Shown here: piece by piece, positions 1 to 7,340 of the stretch | Numbering within the stretch: the stretch's first letter is position 1 | Layout of the letters: the number at the start of each line of letters is the position of its first letter | Source of the DNA: Clostridia bacterium | GTDB lineage: Bacteria; Bacillota; Clostridia; HGM11514 | Direction: 5' to 3' | DNA length: 13,369 nucleotides | Assembly (NCBI GenBank): GCA_045586685.1 | Contig: JAZNAU010000046.1 | Span: forward strand, 1 to 13,369 | Made by a program: the position numbers and the translations under genes | The notes under the pieces: generated by a model | The model's database searches: none | The model's input: the letters and a program-made list of their open reading frames with translations, nothing else | Told to the model about the DNA's origin: nothing

Positions 1-1
1 C

Positions 2-118
2 TATAAGGTAAAAAAAGGTGAATGTTTTTATTTTCCTGCAGATCTTCCCCACTGTATTGTTAACAAAGGGAAAATACCCGCAAAGCTTTTATGGATTACT
101 ACACCCCCTAATTTTTAA
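2..118 (+). CDS. 3' end (partial) of cupin-domain protein, probably XRE/cupin transcriptional regulator (PuuR/PotR-like) of the pot operon
   Basis: Not in the ORF track. Frame from nt 2 reads YKVKKGECFYFPADLPHCIVNKGKIPAKLLWITTPPNF* (TAA 116-118). It matches the cupin G-x-x-x-Y-F-x-A-x-x-P-H motif and the W-x-x-T-P-P-x-F terminus typical of regulators preceding pot genes in Firmicutes. The HTH part would lie outside the window. Confidence 0.75.
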   Translation, partial: YKVKKGECFYFPADLPHCIVNKGKIPAKLLWITTPPNF

Positions 119-141
119 TTGATTACAAGGATGAGATAAGA

Positions 142-963
142 TTGAAAAAGAGTAAATTTATTATATATATTCCGTTTGTCATCTGGCTTTGCTTGTTTAT
201 CATTATACCGGTCATTTTGATTCTCTACTACGGATTTACCAGCTCAGACGGAAACTTTACATTTGAAAATTTTAAACAGCTTGTCGATTCTACCTATTTG
301 GTTGTAATGCTCCGTTCTTTATGGCTTGCCTTTTTAGCGACGGTTATTTGCCTTCTGGTAGGATATCCTGTGGCAATGATTCTTGCAGGAAATACGTTTA
401 AGAAAAAGACAGTATTGCTTGTTTTGTTTATTGCTCCTATGTGGATGAATTTTCTGCTTCGAACCTATGCTTGGCTTACATTACTGGAGAACAGTGGATT
501 GATCAATCAACTGTTGGTCCATTTTGGGTTTGAAAAAGTGCAGTTTTTATACCGCCAAGGTGCGGTTGTACTTGGTATGGTTTATAATTTGCTGCCCTAT
601 ATGATTTTTCCTATTTATACTTCTATTTCAAAAATTCCAAAGAACATGCTGGAAGCCGCTGCTGATTTAGGTGCAAATTTCTTTGTGCGATTTATGAAAA
701 TCATCTTGCCTTTAAGTGTTCCCGGAATTGTATCCGGTATTACAATGGTATTTGTGCCCGGTGTTACAACCTTTGTTGTATCAAAGCTTTTGGGTGGAGG
801 AAAAGTCCCCATGATTGGTGACATTATCGAACAACAATTTGGTGTTCTCAGTAATTGGAATTTTGGTTCTGCCATTTCTATTGCCGTAATGATTATTATT
901 GTCATCTGTATGTGGTATGTGAACCGAACCTCTGACGAAGAAGGAGGACCTGCAGTATGGTAA
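142..963 (+). CDS. potB: Spermidine/putrescine ABC transporter permease PotB
   Basis: 273 aa, TTG start, multiple hydrophobic segments, P-M-W-M-N-F-L-L-R-T-Y-A-W motif, EAA loop (LEAAADLGA), adjacent to potC/potD/potA. Confidence 0.92.
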   Translation: MKKSKFIIYIPFVIWLCLFIIIPVILILYYGFTSSDGNFTFENFKQLVDSTYLVVMLRSLWLAFLATVICLLVGYPVAMILAGNTFKKKTVLLVLFIAPMWMNFLLRTYAWLTLLENSGLINQLLVHFGFEKVQFLYRQGAVVLGMVYNLLPYMIFPIYTSISKIPKNMLEAAADLGANFFVRFMKIILPLSVPGIVSGITMVFVPGVTTFVVSKLLGGGKVPMIGDIIEQQFGVLSNWNFGSAISIAVMIIIVICMWYVNRTSDEEGGPAVW

Positions 964-1739
964 AAAGAATTTTTTCCAAATGGTATTTCTATTTGGTTTT
1001 ACTATTCATGTATGCTCCGATTATTACATTGATTGCATTTTCCTTTAATGAAGGAAAATCCCGCGGAATGTGGAGCGGTTTCTCTTTGAAATGGTATCAA
1101 AGTTTGTTTCAAAACGAAAGCATTTTATCCGCATTAGGGACAACTATGCTGGTGGCAGTTTTGGCCTCTTTCATTGCAACACTTATCGGAACATTGGCAG
1201 CCATTGCTTTATATCATTCAAAGCCTGTTACCAGAAAAATATTTACAAGTGCCACTTATCTTCCAATGGTCAATTCAGATATTGTTACCGGCGTATCTTT
1301 GATGCTTTTATTTTCCTTTTTGAGCATACAATTAGGTTTTTCAACCCTTTTAATGGCACACGTTACCTTTTGTGTTCCATATGTGATTTTGTCTGTTTTG
1401 CCAAAGCTTTATTATCTGAACCGCCATACCTTTGAGGCGGCGCTGGATTTAGGAGCCACTTACTTAACGGCATACAGAAAAATTGTTTTACCTGAGATTA
1501 TGCCGGGAGTTATTACAGGAATGTTAATTTCCATGACTCTTTCTATTGATGATTTTATGATTAGCTTTTTCACCACCGGTCAAGGAGTGCAAAATCTGTC
1601 AATTTTAATCTATACCATGACCAAACGGGGTATTAAGCCTGAAATCAATGCCCTGTCTGCTCTGATGTTTTTGGTGATTCTAATCTTGTTATTCATCACC
1701 AATCTTCGTCAGGTCAAAAGTAAAAATCCAACAGAATAA
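957..1739 (+). CDS. potC: Spermidine/putrescine ABC transporter permease PotC
   Basis: 260 aa; FSFN...GFSLKWY N-terminus, EAALDLGA loop, TLSIDDF and PEINALS motifs; AGGAGG 9 nt upstream; overlaps potB by 7 nt. Confidence 0.92.
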   Translation: MVKRIFSKWYFYLVLLFMYAPIITLIAFSFNEGKSRGMWSGFSLKWYQSLFQNESILSALGTTMLVAVLASFIATLIGTLAAIALYHSKPVTRKIFTSATYLPMVNSDIVTGVSLMLLFSFLSIQLGFSTLLMAHVTFCVPYVILSVLPKLYYLNRHTFEAALDLGATYLTAYRKIVLPEIMPGVITGMLISMTLSIDDFMISFFTTGQGVQNLSILIYTMTKRGIKPEINALSALMFLVILILLFITNLRQVKSKNPTE

Positions 1740-1754
1740 AAAGGAGTAAATTAA

Positions 1755-2801
1755 ATGAAAAAATTTGCATTATTGACTGTATTTATATTAATGTTATCTG
1801 TAGTGTTAACCGGTTGCGGAGATGACAGAACAACGTTGAATATTTATAATTGGGAAGATTATATTGACGAATCGGTACTGGATGAATTTGAAAAAGAGTA
1901 TCCCAATATCAAAATTAATTATGAGCGTTTTGTTACCAATGAAGATATGTATAACAAAATAACAAAAAGTAATGCTGAATATGATCTCCTTTTCCCTTCT
2001 GATTATATGATAGAAAAAATGGTTCGGGAAGGGTTGCTTGCAAAGATAGATTTTAATAATATTCCTAACTATCAGTATATTGACAGTAAATTTAAAAATC
2101 TGGACTACGACCCAAATAATGAATATTCCGTTCCTTATATGTGGGGAACTCTTGGGATTTTATATAATACTAAGATGGTAGATGAAGATGAAATTACATG
2201 GGATGTTTTGTTTGGTGATAAATACGAAGGACAGATTTTAATGATGGATTCTGTCCGTGACGCAATCGGTGCCTCGTTAAAATCATTGGGCTACTCTTTG
2301 AACAGCACCAATCCGAAGGAAATCAATGAAGCAAAAGAAAAATTGATTGCTCATAAGAAAATCATTCTTGCATATGGTTTTGATGATATTAAGGATAAAA
2401 TGGTTGCAGAGGAAGCTGCAGTTGCCCTTGTGTATGCCGGAGATGCTTTGTATGCCATGAACCAAAATTCCGATTTAGCTTATGCAGTTCCTGCCGAAGG
2501 AAGCAATTTATTCTTTGATGCAATGGTTATTCCTGCAAATAGCAAGCACAAAAAAGAGGCAGAATTATTTATTGATTTTATGTGCCGAACCGATATAGCA
2601 AAGAAAAACGCTGATTATATTGAATACTACAGTGTACAGTCCCAAGCAATGAAACAAATCGAGGCAGAAAACAAAAATCCTGCATTTATGTATCCCGGTG
2701 ATGAAAAACCTGATACTTGGGAAATTTTCAAAAGTCTGGACAAAGATTCCTTAGAACTTTATAATAAGGCATGGACAGAGGTTACCACTACTACAGATTG
2801 A
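1755..2801 (+). CDS. potD: Spermidine/putrescine ABC transporter substrate-binding lipoprotein PotD
   Basis: 348 aa; signal peptide with lipobox LTGC; LNIYNWEDYID, PSDYM, YDPNNEYSVPYMWGTLGILYN and EGSNLFFDAMVIP motifs of the PotD/PotF family; AAGGAG RBS. Confidence 0.92.
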   Translation: MKKFALLTVFILMLSVVLTGCGDDRTTLNIYNWEDYIDESVLDEFEKEYPNIKINYERFVTNEDMYNKITKSNAEYDLLFPSDYMIEKMVREGLLAKIDFNNIPNYQYIDSKFKNLDYDPNNEYSVPYMWGTLGILYNTKMVDEDEITWDVLFGDKYEGQILMMDSVRDAIGASLKSLGYSLNSTNPKEINEAKEKLIAHKKIILAYGFDDIKDKMVAEEAAVALVYAGDALYAMNQNSDLAYAVPAEGSNLFFDAMVIPANSKHKKEAELFIDFMCRTDIAKKNADYIEYYSVQSQAMKQIEAENKNPAFMYPGDEKPDTWEIFKSLDKDSLELYNKAWTEVTTTTD

Positions 2802-2817
2802 TAAGAGGTAGATGAAG

Positions 2818-3861
2818 ATGAGCAATGTCATTTTGACGCTTAATAATATTTCAAAAGCATTTGATGAAACAGGTGTTTTAGAAAATTTCAACTTAGAAAT
2901 TAAAGAACACGAGTTTGTTACCCTGCTTGGTCCAAGCGGTTGCGGAAAAACAACAACCTTGCGTATCATAGGCGGATTTGAAAATCCCGATGAAGGGGAA
3001 GTTTTATTTGAAGGAAAATCAATCAATAAAATTCCGCCAAACAAACGTCCTTTTAATACGGTATTTCAAAAATATTCTTTATTTTCTCACATGAATATTT
3101 ATGAAAATGTTGCCTTTGGGTTAAAAATAAAAAAAATGAATAAGGATGAAATTGACCAAAAAGTAAAAAAAGCATTAAAGATGGTCAATTTAGAGGGTTT
3201 TGAAAAAAGAATGCCTGATTCTTTAAGTGGCGGTCAGCAACAGCGTATTGCCATTGCAAGAGCCATTGTGAATGAACCAAGAGTATTGTTGTTTGACGAA
3301 CCCTTAGGGGCTTTGGATTTAAAACTTCGACAGGAAATGCAATTTGAATTAAAAAATTTACAGAGAAAATTAGGCATCACCTTTTTATATGTTACTCACG
3401 ATCAGGAAGAAGCTCTTACTATGTCGGACACCATCGTTGTTATGTCAGAAGGTGTGATTCAACAATTAGGGTCTCCTGTTGATATTTACAACGAGCCTGA
3501 AAATGCATTTGTTGCAAGATTTATTGGTGAAAGCAACATTATTGACGGAATTATGAAAGATGATTTTAAAGTTGAATTTGCAGGCCGTGAATTTACCTGT
3601 GTTGACAAAGGATTTGAAAAAAATGAGCCTGTTGATGTGATCATTCGCCCCGAAGATGTACGAGTTGTGCCATTTGGTGAAGGAATGCTGGATGTAACGG
3701 TTACTTCTGTTGTATTCAAGGGTGTTCATTACGAAATGTTACTGGAAGGGGAAAAATTTACCTGGCTTGTTCAAAGCACAAAATCAGAAAAAGAAGGGGA
3801 AAAAGTATCTATCAATATCTTCCCTGACGAAATTCATATTATGCACAAATCAAAAAAGTAA
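2818..3861 (+). CDS. potA: Spermidine/putrescine ABC transporter ATP-binding protein PotA
   Basis: Walker A GPSGCGKT, signature LSGGQQQR, Walker [22 protein letters not shown]-terminal TOBE-like region. Start placed at ATG 2818 (8 nt after GAGGT) rather than 2812 (2 nt after). Confidence 0.93.
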   Translation: MSNVILTLNNISKAFDETGVLENFNLEIKEHEFVTLLGPSGCGKTTTLRIIGGFENPDEGEVLFEGKSINKIPPNKRPFNTVFQKYSLFSHMNIYENVAFGLKIKKMNKDEIDQKVKKALKMVNLEGFEKRMPDSLSGGQQQRIAIARAIVNEPRVLLFDEPLGALDLKLRQEMQFELKNLQRKLGITFLYVTHDQEEALTMSDTIVVMSEGVIQQLGSPVDIYNEPENAFVARFIGESNIIDGIMKDDFKVEFAGREFTCVDKGFEKNEPVDVIIRPEDVRVVPFGEGMLDVTVTSVVFKGVHYEMLLEGEKFTWLVQSTKSEKEGEKVSINIFPDEIHIMHKSKK

Positions 3862-3882
3862 ATAGATTTGGTTTATAAGTGC

Positions 3883-3920
3883 AAAAGAGCCTTCGTATGG
3901 TTGTACGAAGGCCCTTTTTT
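3883..3920. terminator. Bidirectional intrinsic terminator between potA and ypeB
   Basis: Perfect 9-bp stem GCCTTCGTA (3889-3897) / TACGAAGGC (3904-3912), 6-nt loop, T-run 3915-3920 on the right and AAAA 3883-3886 on the left; lies between convergent stop codons. Confidence 0.85.
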
Positions 3921-5265
3921 ATATTGTCAGTGTTCCGCTCTCGGATACCAATAGCAATAATATTTTTTCTTGTTTTCCTGTTTCTGCATTCAAATAAATC
4001 AAAAATTCATCCTGATCAATTTTTCCTTTAAACTCATAGCATAACACATCTTTCCCTGTTTCTAACGGAATCATTGTCAAATTTTGAACCTCTATTTCCA
4101 TTACCTTTTCTGCAATTTGTCTTGCCTGTTCTGCTGACAACAGATTCTCTGGCAACATACGGTGTTCTTCGTGATTCATTAGATAACCATTGCACTCAAA
4201 CCCAACAACCGATCCATCTTCTAAGGAAATTTTTGTCTTAATTAAATCAGGATAAATGACAATCCCATCCTGTACATATGCAAAATTGATTAACAAAGTG
4301 TTTCCCATTCGTTCGTAATAGCTTTCTTTCATGTTAGCATAACGATGATTGGACAAAAATTGTTTTGCCTTTTCTATGGCTTCATCTGTTTTCAAACCAT
4401 CTGATGAAACTTGTTTGTTGCTAAGCATCCACACGGGATATCCGCCCTGCTTACTGATTGCAATATCAATCTCAGCATCTTTTTCTCCATCTGTTTTTAC
4501 ACGAAAACAGTATGTTGGAATGGTACCATTTCCATCTTCTAACTTTGTGATTGATACAATTTGTTGGTCGGACAGAAATTTCCGCACGCATTGTTCGGCA
4601 TCTGCGGTTGAAATATCGGGTAGCCCCTCTAGGAATTTTGATGTTTTTTTATGAATGTGTTCTGAAAAAGGACCGTCATAAATTAAAGAGGGATAATCTG
4701 CAAATTCTTTTTCAACCGTCTCCAATCCCGTTCCGAAATAAGAATTTTGATTGTCAGCAAACACCTTTTTTCCCGCTTTTATAAAACTAATATTTCCGTC
4801 ATACAGGTCGTTTTGCATTTTGGTTAAGGATTCATAAAGAGAGCTAGCATAATTTCCTAATTCTTTCATTGTTTGTTTTTCTTCTATTGTTACCGCTTCT
4901 CCGTCTAACATTTTTCTTGAAAGGCTGTAGGTGTAATCCCCTACCTGTGATAAAAATTTTGCCGTATTTTCCAACTCCAATTCACTAATAGGAAGTTGGC
5001 CTAAATTTTCCTGTGCAAAAGCAGCTTTTTTCCATATATCAGCTGACAATGCAGTCATTTGAGCAGTATCTGTCACCGCTTTACCTTTTTTTAATTCTAC
5101 TTCAATATTTCCAACATAATCCAATAAGTCACTAAAGGAACGTTGATATTGGTTTGTCATCATTCGTTTGTACTCCTTTGCGGATGAATATTGATAAATC
5201 CCAAATGATGCCACTAACACAAGTAAAACAGAAAAAACTGCATATCCGTAATTTCTTTTTCTCAT
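3919..5265 (-). CDS. ypeB: Spore germination protein YpeB
   Basis: 448 aa; N-terminal membrane anchor, YQRSF, LGQLP...KFLSQVGDY, LIYDGPFSEH and YPDLIK motifs, C-terminal PepSY-like repeats (LCYEFKG...YLNAETG); GGGAGTG RBS 8 nt upstream. Confidence 0.9.
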   Translation of the reverse strand: MRKRNYGYAVFSVLLVLVASFGIYQYSSAKEYKRMMTNQYQRSFSDLLDYVGNIEVELKKGKAVTDTAQMTALSADIWKKAAFAQENLGQLPISELELENTAKFLSQVGDYTYSLSRKMLDGEAVTIEEKQTMKELGNYASSLYESLTKMQNDLYDGNISFIKAGKKVFADNQNSYFGTGLETVEKEFADYPSLIYDGPFSEHIHKKTSKFLEGLPDISTADAEQCVRKFLSDQQIVSITKLEDGNGTIPTYCFRVKTDGEKDAEIDIAISKQGGYPVWMLSNKQVSSDGLKTDEAIEKAKQFLSNHRYANMKESYYERMGNTLLINFAYVQDGIVIYPDLIKTKISLEDGSVVGFECNGYLMNHEEHRMLPENLLSAEQARQIAEKVMEIEVQNLTMIPLETGKDVLCYEFKGKIDQDEFLIYLNAETGKQEKILLLLVSESGTLTI

Positions 5266-5892
5266 TTACAGTTCACTCCCGATTGATTTAAATTTTTCTT
5301 TTATTTTCATTAAGTAATCCACTGTTTTAAAACGAAATATTACAGTAGGCTTGTCCGATGTAATAAGTTCATATTCTTCTAATGACAGTTGTTCTTTTAT
5401 CAAATTTATGGTTTCATCTTCTAAAACTTCCTCAGCCGGTGCTCCAAATGAAGGATACATGACACACCACCAATTTTCCCCTTCGCCCTTCCCTATTCGA
5501 ATTTGAAATGAATCATATTCTCCGGACGGAAAGGATAAATCAGAGTAACTCTTTAAAGGGAAATAGCTTTTTCCGTAAACAAAGGAAACCGAATCATTAC
5601 ACCCCTTTTTTTGAAGAACATTTTTTGCAGAGCTTAGCAACAAATCACTGTGTCTTAATACCGTTGCGGTTGTCCTCTTTTTATCACTGTTCTTGGGAAG
5701 GATTAAATTTAACTGATGGATTATTTCATCCCGAACCTCTAATTTCAATGCTTGGTCTTCTGGCGAATTGCTGTTTGCTATAATATGCATTCGTAATACA
5801 TGGTCAGAAAGATTTTGATTCACATGATTTGCGTAGCCGAATATAGCCATTAAAAAAAGAGCAACTCCCATACTCAGAAACCATTTTTTCAT
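5266..5892 (-). CDS. spoIIR: Stage II sporulation protein R
   Basis: LRMHIIANSNSPEDQALKLEVRD, FPxKxY, GEY and GxGxNWWCV motifs. Start moved from 6012 to ATG 5892 (MKKWFL..., signal peptide, AAAGGGGG RBS), giving 208 aa. Confidence 0.9.
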   Translation of the reverse strand: MKKWFLSMGVALFLMAIFGYANHVNQNLSDHVLRMHIIANSNSPEDQALKLEVRDEIIHQLNLILPKNSDKKRTTATVLRHSDLLLSSAKNVLQKKGCNDSVSFVYGKSYFPLKSYSDLSFPSGEYDSFQIRIGKGEGENWWCVMYPSFGAPAEEVLEDETINLIKEQLSLEEYELITSDKPTVIFRFKTVDYLMKIKEKFKSIGSEL

Positions 5893-5912
5893 ATCAATTC
5901 CCCCTTTGCTCA

Positions 5913-5942
5913 CAGTATGAGTCAAACAAAGGAGTTTTATAC
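5913..5942 (-). promoter_or_regulatory. Putative forespore (sigma-F/sigma-G type) promoter for spoIIR-ypeB
   Basis: Minus strand GTATA (5942-5938), 18 nt, CATACTG (5919-5913), about 20 nt before the start codon; matches the GHATA-N18-CATAHTR pattern of forespore sigma factors. Confidence 0.65.
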
Positions 5943-5948
5943 ATTTAT

Positions 5949-5955
5949 TGCCGAA
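5949..5955 (+). promoter_or_regulatory. Candidate Spo0A box (TGNCGAA)
   Basis: TGCCGAA, an exact match, lying between the two divergent -35 elements; a 6/7 copy TGCCAAA at 5962-5968. Confidence 0.4.
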
Positions 5956-5960
5956 ATATC

Positions 5961-5989
5961 TTGCCAAAAGGAGAAAAAAAGTGTATAAT
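5961..5989 (+). promoter_or_regulatory. Sigma-A promoter for ispE
   Basis: TTGCCA (5961-5966), 17 nt, TATAAT (5984-5989); RBS GAGGTG at 5997-6002. Confidence 0.75.
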
Positions 5990-6010
5990 GAATAATGAGG
6001 TGAAAAAGGC

Positions 6011-6871
6011 ATGAAAGAACTGAGTTATGCAAAAATCAATTTAACATTGGATATCACCGGTGTTCTTCCCAACGGTTATCACAGCATTTGTTCGGTAATG
6101 CACAGTGTAAATCTCTATGACGTTGTTACTGTTACGATGACAAAAACCGGTGGGATTGAGATAAAGACAAACGTTTCATTCATTCCCACCGACAGAAAAA
6201 ATCATGCATACCGTGCTGCCGAATTGTTTTTTGAAGAAACCGGAATAAAAAACGAAGGTATTTTAATTGAAATTGAAAAAAATATTCCTGTATGTGCAGG
6301 ATTGGCAGGCGGAAGTTCAAACGCAGCAGCGGTATTAAAAATATTAAATCAATGCTTTGAAACGAAGTTATCCGTTGAACAATTATGCAAAATCGGATAC
6401 AGAATCGGAGCAGATGTTCCTTATTGTATTCACGGCGGAACAATGCTTGCCGAAGGGATTGGGGAATCATTAACACCCCTACCCTCTTTGCCGAAAATTC
6501 CGATTGTTCTTGCAAAGCCAAAGTTTGGTGTTTCAACGCCTCAGGCATTCTGCCAGTGGGACAAAATAAAGAACCCTGTGCATCCTGATACAAAAAAAAT
6601 GATTGATGCGATTACACAAAAGGATATTTCGTTAATTGCAAAGTGCCTTTCTAATACCTTAGAAGCCCCTGCATTTGAAATAATTAAGAAAACAAGGAAG
6701 AACCCTATTCCGGAAATAAAACAAAAAATGACGCAATGCGGAGCCATTGGAACGTTAATGAGTGGAAGCGGACCGACTGTATATGGTCTATTTCCCTCAA
6801 TGAAGCATGCAGAAAATGCTTCCGAGCAACTGAAAACAATGGCAGTTGATGTTTTTGTGACTACCACTTAA
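6011..6871 (+). CDS. ispE: 4-diphosphocytidyl-2-C-methyl-D-erythritol kinase
   Basis: 286 aa GHMP kinase; AKINLTLDI, GYH, KNIPVCAGLAGGSSNAAA, GADVP and MSGSGPT motifs. Confidence 0.95.
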   Translation: MKELSYAKINLTLDITGVLPNGYHSICSVMHSVNLYDVVTVTMTKTGGIEIKTNVSFIPTDRKNHAYRAAELFFEETGIKNEGILIEIEKNIPVCAGLAGGSSNAAAVLKILNQCFETKLSVEQLCKIGYRIGADVPYCIHGGTMLAEGIGESLTPLPSLPKIPIVLAKPKFGVSTPQAFCQWDKIKNPVHPDTKKMIDAITQKDISLIAKCLSNTLEAPAFEIIKKTRKNPIPEIKQKMTQCGAIGTLMSGSGPTVYGLFPSMKHAENASEQLKTMAVDVFVTTT

Positions 6872-7277
6872 AAAATTGCAAATAACTCTTGCTTTTGATT
6901 AAATAATACCCTGTGATTTTTGCACAGACGGAAACGGGAAGATACAGCTCCCCCTCCTTATAAAAGCAAGGCTCTGAAAAAGAAACAACCTTATTTTTTA
7001 TTACTCCAAACATACGTCCTTCCTTCAAATAAGAATACAGACCGTTTTCAACAATGACCACAGAATGGTCAGTTTTATTCTGCCTGATTTCATAATCATT
7101 ATGAAACAGAGAAGCAGTATCTTTAATCGAAATAAAAACCTCATCATTTTGCTCAAGAATTGGTTCTGTTGTATGAATCGGTTTTCCATTTATCATTGAT
7201 TGATAGTGACTTTCCGATGAGAAACACGGAACTGATATAAAAAGCATAACACATATTAAACATATTATTTTTTTCAA
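6861..7277 (-). CDS. Small secreted protein with copper amine oxidase N-terminal-like (stalk) domain
   Basis: Start reassigned to TTG 7277 (MKKIICLICVMLFISVPCFS signal peptide; GGGGGG RBS at 7289-7284), giving 138 aa. Two pseudo-repeats INGK...EPILEQNDEVFISI and KNK...EPCFYKEGELYLPV resemble Cu_amine_oxidN1 stalk domains. Overlaps the ispE 3' end by 11 nt. Confidence 0.6.
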   Translation of the reverse strand: MKKIICLICVMLFISVPCFSSESHYQSMINGKPIHTTEPILEQNDEVFISIKDTASLFHNDYEIRQNKTDHSVVIVENGLYSYLKEGRMFGVIKNKVVSFSEPCFYKEGELYLPVSVCAKITGYYLIKSKSYLQFFKW

Positions 7278-7334
7278 AAAAATCCCCCCGATTTTTATTG
7301 TGTACCAAAAACACAAAAAAATCAGAGGGATTTT
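7276..7334 (-). promoter_or_regulatory. 24-bp RNA hairpin (terminator-like and RBS-sequestering)
   Basis: Arms 7334-7311 and 7303-7279 pair on the minus strand with two G-U wobbles and one bulged U, 7-nt loop; a U7 run at 7282-7276 leads into the TTG start. Confidence 0.7.
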
Positions 7335-7340
7335 ATATTT

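Noticed and set aside
615-3729. Shadow ORFs 615-905, 1070-1435, 2283-2465, 2751-3044, 3466-3729 and 3486-3719
   Set aside because: They are antisense or out-of-frame overlaps of well-supported pot genes, with no recognisable motifs.
5893-6012. 40-aa N-terminal extension of SpoIIR in the ORF track
   Set aside because: It spans both promoters and has no RBS; ATG 5892 has an RBS and begins a signal peptide.
7278-7316. 13-aa extension (MCFWYTIKIGGIF) of the stalk protein
   Set aside because: It lies inside the hairpin, lacks an SD, and simply translates the RBS region.
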